A stretch of DNA of 32,000 nucleotides from an uncultured archaeon (GTDB taxonomy: Archaea > Iainarchaeota > Iainarchaeia > Iainarchaeales > CSSED10-239), in assembly GCA_964463155.1 (NCBI GenBank), contig CAYXAY010000001.1, forward strand, positions 1 to 32,000, read 5' to 3'. The notes beneath the pieces were generated by a model. That model saw nothing but the letters and a program-made list of their open reading frames with translations. It was not told the origin of the DNA and made no database searches. The position numbers and the translations under genes are program-made. Shown in pieces: positions 9,823 to 16,957 of this stretch; positions within the stretch are counted from its first letter, which is position 1; every line of letters starts with the position of its first letter.

Positions 9823-10758
9823 ATGGCAAATACATTAAAAGAATCGTTAGATAGATACCAAATATATCTTTATTCAATGAAAATAAAGATGAAAGCACTT
9901 TATTGGTTTGCATTAATAATAGTTGTTGCTGTGATTTTTGGAGGGCTTTTTGTATTTTTAGATGTGATGTTTAAAGGTTCTGGCGCATTAACAAAGGTTG
10001 GTTTTCTGGTTTTTGCAATAACTCTTAATTTAGGTCTTGGTCTCCCGTATTATAAATATTTTAAGAATCTTGAACTTATTGAAAAATATTGGCCCGATTC
10101 CTTAAGACTTATTGCAGACACTATGAAATCAGGTTCATCACTTGACTATGCTATAAGAGAAGCAAGTTCTGCTGATTTTGGACCGTTGTCTTTGGAGTTT
10201 AATGAAATTATAAGAAGACTAGAGATGGGAGACACCATGTCTCAAGCACTTAACCACATGTCTCTAAGAATAGAATCTAAGATTGTAAGAAGAACAATAA
10301 CATTGATTCAAGAATGTTTAAAGACAGGGGCTCAGCTTGCTGATGTCCTAGAGGAAATTGCTCAAGACACCAAGCAGGTGTTTAGAATAAAAAAAGAAAG
10401 GGAAACAAAAACACTTCTACAAGTTATTTTTATTTTTGCAGCAGGAGCAGTTATTGCACCGTTTATCTTTGGTCTTACAAATGTGATTACGGTCTTTTTA
10501 ACTAACATTTCAGCTAACTCCGGGGTTGCTTCTGCTGACGCTCTTGCTAAATCAATAGTAGCTCAAAAGACAATGAGTTTGCTTCTAGATGCTTACCTAT
10601 TACTGGAAGTTGCAGCTGCTTCAGTAATCATTAGTCTTATGAGATCAGGAACGTTTACAAATGCAATTGCGTTTTTCCCGGCCATGATAACAATAGCATA
10701 TATAGTTTACATTGTTTCTCAAGCAACAATAAATGGAATATTAATTGGAGTTGTATAG
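9823..10758 (+). CDS. Second pilus platform membrane protein with a single T2SSF domain (TadB/TadC / EpdJ/K-like)
   Basis: WPDSLRLIADTMKSGSSLDYAIREA...EMGDTMSQALNHMSLR...LKTGAQLADVLEEIA, bracketed by TM segments. Paralogous in layout to the preceding gene. Confidence 0.75.
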   Translation: MANTLKESLDRYQIYLYSMKIKMKALYWFALIIVVAVIFGGLFVFLDVMFKGSGALTKVGFLVFAITLNLGLGLPYYKYFKNLELIEKYWPDSLRLIADTMKSGSSLDYAIREASSADFGPLSLEFNEIIRRLEMGDTMSQALNHMSLRIESKIVRRTITLIQECLKTGAQLADVLEEIAQDTKQVFRIKKERETKTLLQVIFIFAAGAVIAPFIFGLTNVITVFLTNISANSGVASADALAKSIVAQKTMSLLLDAYLLLEVAAASVIISLMRSGTFTNAIAFFPAMITIAYIVYIVSQATINGILIGVV

Positions 10759-10761
10759 ATT

Positions 10762-10944
10762 ATGAATAGATTAAAAAAATTATTAAAGGAAAAAAGAGGG
10801 CAAGTAAGCCTTGAAGTGTTGTTGATTGTTGGAATAATTGTTCTTGCAGCAATACTTGTTGGTTATTATCTAAAGCAAATATCTTATAACAACAGCCAAA
10901 AAGTAAAACAATATACTGAAGCAACAACTTCTGGCAGATCATAA
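10762..10944 (+). CDS. Mini prepilin (60 aa) with class III signal peptide
   Basis: MNRLKKLLKEKRG-QVSLEVLLIVGIIVLAAILVGYY: basic leader, G-Q junction, E at +5, hydrophobic helix, and only about 25 further residues. Confidence 0.65.
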   Translation: MNRLKKLLKEKRGQVSLEVLLIVGIIVLAAILVGYYLKQISYNNSQKVKQYTEATTSGRS

Positions 10945-10959
10945 ATCGGTGATTTTCGG

Positions 10960-11430
10960 ATGTTAAAATTAAACAGAAAAGGGCAGGGCGCTTTAGAGTA
11001 TCTTTTGGTAATTGCAGGAGTAATACTTATTGCAATAATTGTAATTTACATAATAGTTACAAGTGGTTCGTCAAGCAGAGATAAGGTAGACGATTCTTAT
11101 CAAAAAGTAAACAACCTGACTGACAGCGCAATATTTCCACCAAGAATCAAATCAGTAACTTGTGCTTATAAAGACATTAATACAATAAGATTTAATTTAA
11201 GGATCTTTGAATCCCCAACACCAGGAATTGACACATATTGTCTTTATCTTTCAGGAAGAGACATTAACAGATGTAGCGTTTATTCTGGGGCAACATTAGT
11301 TTATGATTACAATATACTAACAAACATTGTTGCAATAGACAATAACACATTTAATTTAACATTAATTTCTTTGCTTGATGAGAACAACTTCTCAAACCCA
11401 AGCGTTTCAGAAAGATGCACCATAAGATAA
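10960..11430 (+). CDS. Prepilin (156 aa): class III signal peptide + 4-Cys Ig-like module
   Basis: MLKLNRKG-QGALEYLLVIAGVILIA, then the IFPPRIKSVTC...TYCLYLSGRDINRC...ERC module. GGTGA RBS lies 7 nt upstream. Confidence 0.75.
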   Translation: MLKLNRKGQGALEYLLVIAGVILIAIIVIYIIVTSGSSSRDKVDDSYQKVNNLTDSAIFPPRIKSVTCAYKDINTIRFNLRIFESPTPGIDTYCLYLSGRDINRCSVYSGATLVYDYNILTNIVAIDNNTFNLTLISLLDENNFSNPSVSERCTIR

Positions 11431-11433
11431 AAT

Positions 11434-12948
11434 ATGTTTGAAGATATTTTTAATATGTTAAAAAAGCAAAAAGCACAAACAGCAGTTGAGGTGCTAATAA
11501 TCATCAGCGGAATATTGATTGTTGCGGTTGTTGTTGTTATGATTTTTATATCAACAGGCTCAGCAAAAGCAGACGACATAACAAAAACAGATACCGCCCA
11601 TCAAAAACTGCTTGACAACACAATCTTTCCCCCAACACTTGATTCTATTAAATTAACAGATAGTAACGACACAAATGTAACTATTCAAGTAAGTATTACA
11701 GAATCCCCATCTTCAAATATTAAAGATTATTGTTTGGTTGTTAATGACAACATAACAAATTATTGTAATAGTCCAGGCACTAGTGGAAATATGGTTTTTA
11801 ATATTCCAAAAGAAACCACAAATTATTATTCTGTATCTCTTGTCTCAAGAAGCAACCAAGATAAGATTTCCTCATCAAGCTTTGTTTTAACTGGAAGTAT
11901 TGCTACTGTTGGCACAGGCGGCACTGACGACACAGGCGAAACTGGACCGCTACTATTAAACTTTACTTGTCCGACAGGCTATGCAAAAGTTCCGGGACTT
12001 GCAGAATATAATACAATAGGCGATAAAAACGGTTTTTGCGTTATGAAATGGGAAGCAAAAATTAATTTTGATAATGATCCATTAGGATTGGGAGACATTA
12101 ATACTAGTTGTGAACATTTTGTGGCAAGACCTAACCACACTTTGCGTTATGGTATTTGGGATATAATGGCCACTGGTTGTCGCATTACTTCAATAACTAA
12201 TAGATTAGTTTCCACTGCGGAAGGATACCCTATAGGAAATGTAAATCAAAACGAAGCGAGAAATTATTGTCAAGGATTGGCCACTTCAACAGGCAAAGAT
12301 TATCATTTAATAACAAACAATGAATGGATGACAATCGCAAGAAATATAGAGGATCAAAATGTTAATTGGATTAGCGGGGCGGTGGGCGTGGGACCATTAA
12401 AAAAAGGAAACACCTATGGTCGCATCCCCGCAATTCCAGGAGAATATGGCGTTTCTTGTGTTATAAGCGCCGTAGCAGAGAGATGGTTAATCGATTATGT
12501 GGGCGCACCATGTTCTGCTTCACCAAATCATAGAAATCAACTATCATTAGCAAGATTGGTTTTATCTACAGGAGACGAAATTTGGGATTTTTCGGGGAAT
12601 ATGGAAGAGTGGGTTGATAAAACTGTTTATTCTTATGTTGAACCAAAACCAATTGATGAACAAAATTATTCTTCACCAGCAAGATTTGAATTTACATTAA
12701 TTGATCGCACTAAATTACACCCTTCTTTTCCTGAAAACCAATACCGCCCAAAAAATTTAAATTGGAACTCAATACAAGGCGTTGGTCAGATATTTAGTCA
12801 CTGGAGAAGTGGAAACGCAACTCATGGCATTTTAAGAGGAGGGAGGGTTTTTTTAAATAACGGACCAACAGGAATTTATACAATTGATTTTTACACTCCA
12901 ACAACTAGAACCATATATGCCGGATTTAGATGCGTGTATGTGCCATAA
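11434..12948 (+). CDS. Giant prepilin (504 aa): class III signal peptide + Ig-like module + Gly/Thr/Asp linker + FGE-sulfatase/C-type-lectin-like domain (putative pilus adhesin)
   Basis: MFEDIFNMLKKQKA-QTAVEVLIIISGILIV; IFPPTLDSI...DYCLVVND..NYC...VSLVSRS; linker GTGGTDDTGETG. The C-terminal domain has SUMF1-family landmarks: FCVMKWEAK, EARNYCQ...GKDYHLITNNEWMTIARN, WDFSGNMEEWVDK, LRGG, GFRCV. Confidence 0.75.
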   Translation: MFEDIFNMLKKQKAQTAVEVLIIISGILIVAVVVVMIFISTGSAKADDITKTDTAHQKLLDNTIFPPTLDSIKLTDSNDTNVTIQVSITESPSSNIKDYCLVVNDNITNYCNSPGTSGNMVFNIPKETTNYYSVSLVSRSNQDKISSSSFVLTGSIATVGTGGTDDTGETGPLLLNFTCPTGYAKVPGLAEYNTIGDKNGFCVMKWEAKINFDNDPLGLGDINTSCEHFVARPNHTLRYGIWDIMATGCRITSITNRLVSTAEGYPIGNVNQNEARNYCQGLATSTGKDYHLITNNEWMTIARNIEDQNVNWISGAVGVGPLKKGNTYGRIPAIPGEYGVSCVISAVAERWLIDYVGAPCSASPNHRNQLSLARLVLSTGDEIWDFSGNMEEWVDKTVYSYVEPKPIDEQNYSSPARFEFTLIDRTKLHPSFPENQYRPKNLNWNSIQGVGQIFSHWRSGNATHGILRGGRVFLNNGPTGIYTIDFYTPTTRTIYAGFRCVYVP

Positions 12949-12961
12949 TTTATGAGAAAAT

Positions 12962-14554
12962 ATGTTTGAAGAGATTTTTAATAAGTTAAAAAAGCCAAAA
13001 GGGCAAACGTCTTTAGAAATACTTATTGTTATGGGGGGATTAGTTATTGTTGCAGTAGTTGTTGTAACTGTGATTCTTGCAGCAAGCAAGAACAAGGTCG
13101 CGGAAATTACAAATGCAGACAGGCAAAATGCAATGGTTATTGACACTACATTGTTTCCGCCAAACATTAATTCAATAAGATGTAATTTAAAAGAAGACAA
13201 TACAGGCATAGACATTTCATTATCAGTTATTCCTTCAGCAACAAAAGATATTTCAGATTATTGTTTAGTAATAAACGGAAGACCAACAGAAATCTGCGCG
13301 TCTTCTTCATTAACAGAATTATTATTTACTACTGCCGAAGTTGGAAACGGAAACTTCAAAGTAGCTTTAGTTTCAAGAAACAGCAGAAATGCAATATCAA
13401 GTAACAGCGTTAGTTTTAATTGTAGAGTAACATTGCCTATTGGAGGAATAATCATTCCTCCAGATAATAATCAGACAACACCAGAGAAATTACCATTAAA
13501 TTTTACATGTCCAGCGGGCTATGCGAAAGTTCCGGGACTTGCGGAATATAACACAATAGGCGATAAAAATGGTTTTTGTGTTATGAAATGGGAAGCAAAA
13601 ATGGATTTTGATAATGATAATATTGGCGACACAAATGTAAATTGTATTCGCTTTTTTAGATCAAATTGCACTTATCACAATATTTGGGATGTACGCACCT
13701 GTTCAGTTCCAAACAACACAAAAATAACTAGTACCTCTCAAGGATTGCCTATAGCAAATTTAACATTAGCTGATGCTAGAAATTTTTGTTCAAATCAAGG
13801 TAGCGGATATCATTTAATTACTAATGACGAATGGATGACGATAGTAAAAAATATAGAGGATCAAAATGTAAATTGGAGCGGGGGGGTAGTAAACGTCGGT
13901 AGTTTAAAAGTAGGAAATGCCGGTGGGTCAAGTGGTCGAATAACTTACAATCTTGCGAACTCAAATGTGTCTCCATATGGTCCACTGTCACTAGGGCAAG
14001 CGTGTTCTACCTATAGCTTATTATATGATTATAACGGACACCCCGCACCCAATTCAGTTTATTGTACTACCGGTTGTACTGAAAACAATAATTTAACACA
14101 ACCCTCTAAATTAAGATTATCGACAGAAGACGAAATTTGGGATTTTTCTGGAAATCTTATGGAATATGTAGATAAAACACTATTTAGAGGGCATTTACCA
14201 ACGCCCGAAATTAATGGGGAACCACAAACAAATATTTGGACAGAATTTATAAATATAAATTCCACAAACAACACTTACCTTCAAGATAAAGAATACAAAC
14301 CAACAAATTCAAATTGGCATTCTGCGGTAGGAATTGGCAAATTTATGATTAATCAATATACCCAACCAGAAACGATGATTTTTATAAGAGGAGGTGGCGC
14401 ATTTTATTATGTTAACAATTTTGACGCGTCGGCAGCCGGCATCTATTCATTATATCTATTAAGAACCACAACAACCGCGGTTCCAAGTGGCCCACATATT
14501 GACCAAGGTCCAGGCATTGGCTTTAGATGTGTTGGTCCAGGAACTCTAAATTGA
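12962..14554 (+). CDS. Giant prepilin paralogue (530 aa): class III signal peptide + Ig-like module + FGE-sulfatase/C-type-lectin-like domain (putative pilus adhesin)
   Basis: MFEEIFNKLKKPKG-QTSLEILIVMGGLVIV; LFPPNINSIRC...DYCLVINGRPTEIC...VALVSRNSRN...FNC; then LNFTCPAGYAKVPGLAEYNTIGDKNGFCVMKWEAK, DARNFC..GSGYHLITNDEWMTIVKN, WDFSGNLMEYVDK, IRGGG, GFRCV. Confidence 0.75.
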   Translation: MFEEIFNKLKKPKGQTSLEILIVMGGLVIVAVVVVTVILAASKNKVAEITNADRQNAMVIDTTLFPPNINSIRCNLKEDNTGIDISLSVIPSATKDISDYCLVINGRPTEICASSSLTELLFTTAEVGNGNFKVALVSRNSRNAISSNSVSFNCRVTLPIGGIIIPPDNNQTTPEKLPLNFTCPAGYAKVPGLAEYNTIGDKNGFCVMKWEAKMDFDNDNIGDTNVNCIRFFRSNCTYHNIWDVRTCSVPNNTKITSTSQGLPIANLTLADARNFCSNQGSGYHLITNDEWMTIVKNIEDQNVNWSGGVVNVGSLKVGNAGGSSGRITYNLANSNVSPYGPLSLGQACSTYSLLYDYNGHPAPNSVYCTTGCTENNNLTQPSKLRLSTEDEIWDFSGNLMEYVDKTLFRGHLPTPEINGEPQTNIWTEFININSTNNTYLQDKEYKPTNSNWHSAVGIGKFMINQYTQPETMIFIRGGGAFYYVNNFDASAAGIYSLYLLRTTTTAVPSGPHIDQGPGIGFRCVGPGTLN

Positions 14555-14570
14555 TCTAATTCTAATGTTT

Positions 14571-14589
14571 TTTAGTTTGCCAAACTAAA
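14571..14589 (+). terminator. Hairpin after the second giant pilin gene (candidate terminator or RNA-processing structure)
   Basis: tttagtttg c caaactaaa is an inverted repeat 17 nt after the stop, preceded by a T6 run (14568-14573). An archaeal terminator assignment is tentative. Confidence 0.3.
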
Positions 14590-14634
14590 CAGAAAGATAT
14601 ATAAATATAATCTATAACAATAATAGTAATTATT

Positions 14635-14694
14635 TTATTATATAAATAAAATATAAATCACTCAAAAACTGAGTAATTAAACGGAGGAATAAAA
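14635..14694 (+). promoter_or_regulatory. Candidate promoter (TATA-like ttattatataaataaaatataaat) plus strong Shine-Dalgarno GGAGG for the 136-aa pilin gene
   Basis: AT-rich TATA-like run at 14635-14658, a small hairpin actca-aaaac-tgagt at 14660-14674, and GGAGG at 14683-14687, 7 nt before ATG 14695. Confidence 0.3.
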
Positions 14695-15105
14695 ATGAAG
14701 TTTAATAAAGGTCAAGGTGCACTTGAATACCTATTATTAATCGGCGGAGCTGTATTAATCGCAGTTATCGTAATCGCATTACTTGTAGGTATGGGTTCAT
14801 CCAGCAGACAAGGAACACAAGAAAGGCAAGAAAGCATAGACAATACAATTGCAGGAACAGCTATCGCTCCGATATTGAATGCGGTGACATGTGCCAATAA
14901 TACTTTAAATTTAAGATACATTTATAATGGTGGAACATTGGAATATAGCTTAAACAACGGAGCTTGGACCGCAGTAGGGGAAACAGATGGAAATACAAAT
15001 ATTTCTGTAACAACTTGTCCGGTAGTACCATATTCAGTACAACTTAGATCTACAAATGCAAGTGGTCAGATAGCTCTATCAAGTACATTCACTGTAAGAA
15101 CATAA
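14695..15105 (+). CDS. Prepilin (136 aa), candidate abundantly expressed pilin
   Basis: MKFNKG-QGALEYLLLIGGAVLIAVIVIA, followed by a divergent copy of the module (IAPILNAVTCANN...TTCPV...VQLRSTN). It has its own 140-nt upstream spacer, a GGAGG RBS and a downstream hairpin with T-tract. Composition is visibly more GC-rich than neighbouring genes. Confidence 0.8.
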   Translation: MKFNKGQGALEYLLLIGGAVLIAVIVIALLVGMGSSSRQGTQERQESIDNTIAGTAIAPILNAVTCANNTLNLRYIYNGGTLEYSLNNGAWTAVGETDGNTNISVTTCPVVPYSVQLRSTNASGQIALSSTFTVRT

Positions 15106-15117
15106 ATACAGTAATTT

Positions 15118-15145
15118 AACCAGGGGTTTCCTGGTTTTATTTTTG
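15118..15145 (+). terminator. Stem-loop followed by a T-rich tract (candidate intrinsic-like terminator)
   Basis: aaccagg(15118-15124) ggttt cctggtt(15130-15136), followed by ttatttttg. It lies 13 nt after the stop of the 136-aa pilin gene. Confidence 0.45.
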
Positions 15146-15170
15146 TTATAATAAAAAAGGGGAAAAAACA

Positions 15171-15629
15171 ATGAATTTCAATCTTACTTTTTCAAAGAAA
15201 GGACAGGGCGCCTTGGAATATTTAATAATTATAGGTGCGGCAATATTAGTCGCAGTTATTGTTGTTTCTTTAATAATTTCAGTTAGCAGGGCTAACACAG
15301 ACATAACAACAACAAGCAACGAACAATACACAAACATGATTGATAACACAATAATCCCGCCAATGATAATAGGTGTTGACTGTAATGCGGTAGCTGATCG
15401 TGCAAGATTTACAATAAATCCTTCAATAACCGAAGCAGTAAGTCAATATTGTTTGGTTGTAAATGGAGACGTAAATATAACTAATTGTCAAAATACAAAT
15501 TCTGTATTGACTTTCCCATACAATTCATTTGTAAATGGCACAGCATATCGTATGTCTTTAGTAGGGAAAAGGGGAAATGTTTTTTCGTCGCCAACAGCAC
15601 CACCAACATCATGTACAGCACACAACTAA
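15171..15629 (+). CDS. Prepilin (152 aa): class III signal peptide + 4-Cys Ig-like module
   Basis: MNFNLTFSKKG-QGALEYLIIIGAAILVAVIVV; IDNTIIPPMIIGVDC...QYCLVVNGDVNITNC...MSLVGKRGN...SC. Confidence 0.75.
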   Translation: MNFNLTFSKKGQGALEYLIIIGAAILVAVIVVSLIISVSRANTDITTTSNEQYTNMIDNTIIPPMIIGVDCNAVADRARFTINPSITEAVSQYCLVVNGDVNITNCQNTNSVLTFPYNSFVNGTAYRMSLVGKRGNVFSSPTAPPTSCTAHN

Positions 15630-15645
15630 AGATAAAAAGGTAAAT

Positions 15646-15828
15646 ATGATAAAAAGATTAATTGACGATAACAGGGGACAGGTTTCCCTTGAATATCTTG
15701 TTATGATTGTCTTTGGGGTTATGCTTGTAATAATAACCGGCATAATGATCATCAATTTAAGCGTACTTATTTCTGTGGCCAAAGCAAAAATACTAAACTA
15801 CAGGCACAATATTCTAAATACAATATAA
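15646..15828 (+). CDS. Mini prepilin (60 aa) with class III signal peptide
   Basis: MIKRLIDDNRG-QVSLEYLVMIVFGVMLVIITG. I prefer ATG 15646, which is preceded by aaaagg. The track ORF starts at 15577, but that extension overlaps the previous gene and encodes a His/Gln-rich stretch. Confidence 0.6.
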   Translation: MIKRLIDDNRGQVSLEYLVMIVFGVMLVIITGIMIINLSVLISVAKAKILNYRHNILNTI

Positions 15829-15840
15829 ATAAGAAAAAAG

Positions 15841-16944
15841 ATGTTTTATGCAAATATAGCAATATTATTTTTTGTTTTCTTGTTTCTATTGCTTGCTTCT
15901 TTTTCTGATATTAAAACTAGAACAATATCTAATAGATTAATTCTTTTCTTCTTAATATTTGGAGTTTCGTTTAATGTTCTTATGGCAATCTATCTTAATA
16001 ACTATAGTCCATTATTATCATTATTATTTTCAGCAATAATAGGCTTTGTTGTCTTTTTCATATTATGGGAATTAGGCGTCATTGCTGGAGGAGACGCAAA
16101 ATTATTTATGGCAATATCAATGATGCTTCCAACAATGCAAAACACTTTTCAGATCTTTAACATAGGACAAGAAAAAATATTTACTTTTCCAATATTCACA
16201 ATATTATTGTTTGTTGTTAGTGTGTTTATGGTTCTGCCATGGATATTATTATATTCTAAATACCTATTATTCAAAAGAAAAAACTATTTGCATCTTTTAA
16301 AGGAGATTTTTTCAAAAAAGAACCTTATATCGATTATGGATTCAGTTCTTGTAGTTGTTCTTCTAGGCCTAATAATGTCTATCTTATCTCTTACAAGCAT
16401 CCGATACATTCTAATAATCTCTTTTGTATTTACCTATCTTATATTTAAAATAAAAATAAAAAAACACTTCTATACTTTTATTATATCTCTATACTTAGTT
16501 GTTTTTTTCATGTTCCTATTAACCTCAAGAAAAATAAACTATTTACTACTATCAAACACGCTAAACACAATAGTCTTTGTGTTTATATTCTCCGTATTAA
16601 TCATATATTACAGATACATAAAAGAAAAAGTGTTTGTTGAAACAAAAACAATCTCTCAACTAACGGAAGGAGATGTCCCGATATACAATTACTATTATAT
16701 TAAGAGGAAGTTAATTATTAAAGAATCAAATTTCTTTAGAAAACTAAAAGAGTTGGCACAAGGAACCTATTACAAGGGTTTAAAGGTTGATTCCAGCAAG
16801 GCCTGTGGCATTTCAGTAAAAGACATAGCTTTTTTAAAAGATATGTATAAAAATAAATTAATAAACAATAAAATATATGTAAAGAAGACTATTGCATTTA
16901 CGCCAGCAGTTCTTCTTGCATTTATATTGTTGATAATATTTTAA
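15841..16944 (+). CDS. A24-family archaeal prepilin (class III signal) peptidase, EppA/PibD-like, with a long C-terminal extension
   Basis: Two catalytic Asp contexts: SFSD23IKTRTISN (codon 15907-15909) and AGGD85AKLF (codon 16093-16095), spaced as in PibD-type enzymes. It is polytopic. Residues from about 150 to 367 add further TM segments and a roughly 90-aa soluble insert. Confidence 0.8.
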   Translation: MFYANIAILFFVFLFLLLASFSDIKTRTISNRLILFFLIFGVSFNVLMAIYLNNYSPLLSLLFSAIIGFVVFFILWELGVIAGGDAKLFMAISMMLPTMQNTFQIFNIGQEKIFTFPIFTILLFVVSVFMVLPWILLYSKYLLFKRKNYLHLLKEIFSKKNLISIMDSVLVVVLLGLIMSILSLTSIRYILIISFVFTYLIFKIKIKKHFYTFIISLYLVVFFMFLLTSRKINYLLLSNTLNTIVFVFIFSVLIIYYRYIKEKVFVETKTISQLTEGDVPIYNYYYIKRKLIIKESNFFRKLKELAQGTYYKGLKVDSSKACGISVKDIAFLKDMYKNKLINNKIYVKKTIAFTPAVLLAFILLIIF

Positions 16945-16957
16945 ATTTTGAGAAAAT

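Noticed and set aside
12853-13215. 120-aa minus-strand ORF spanning the junction of the two giant pilin genes
   Set aside because: It is antisense to two well-supported pilin genes. Its hydrophobic run is simply the complement of the pilin helix codons.
11947-14554. Catalytic formylglycine-generating or sulfoxide-synthase activity for the FGE-like domains
   Set aside because: I see no counterpart of the FGE active-site Cys pair, nor an obvious His-rich iron site, in the RGG-to-GFRC region. A binding role is more parsimonious. This needs alignment to confirm.
14555-14694. Intergenic spacer after the second giant pilin as a possible DGR template repeat
   Set aside because: By eye it has no similarity to either giant pilin 3' end. 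It is simple AT-rich promoter-like sequence. No reverse transcriptase ORF exists in the window.
10960-15629. High density of N-x-S/T sequons in the pilins as evidence for heavy N-glycosylation
   Set aside because: Archaeal pilins are often glycosylated, but this proteome is Asn/Ser/Thr-rich because of AT bias. The sequon density may be a chance effect and I could not compute an expectation.
15577-15645. Upstream extension of the second mini-pilin ORF encoding MFFRRQQHHQHHVQHTTKDKKVN
   Set aside because: It overlaps the 3' end of the previous pilin gene in another frame. ATG 15646 gives a leader matching the other eight prepilins.
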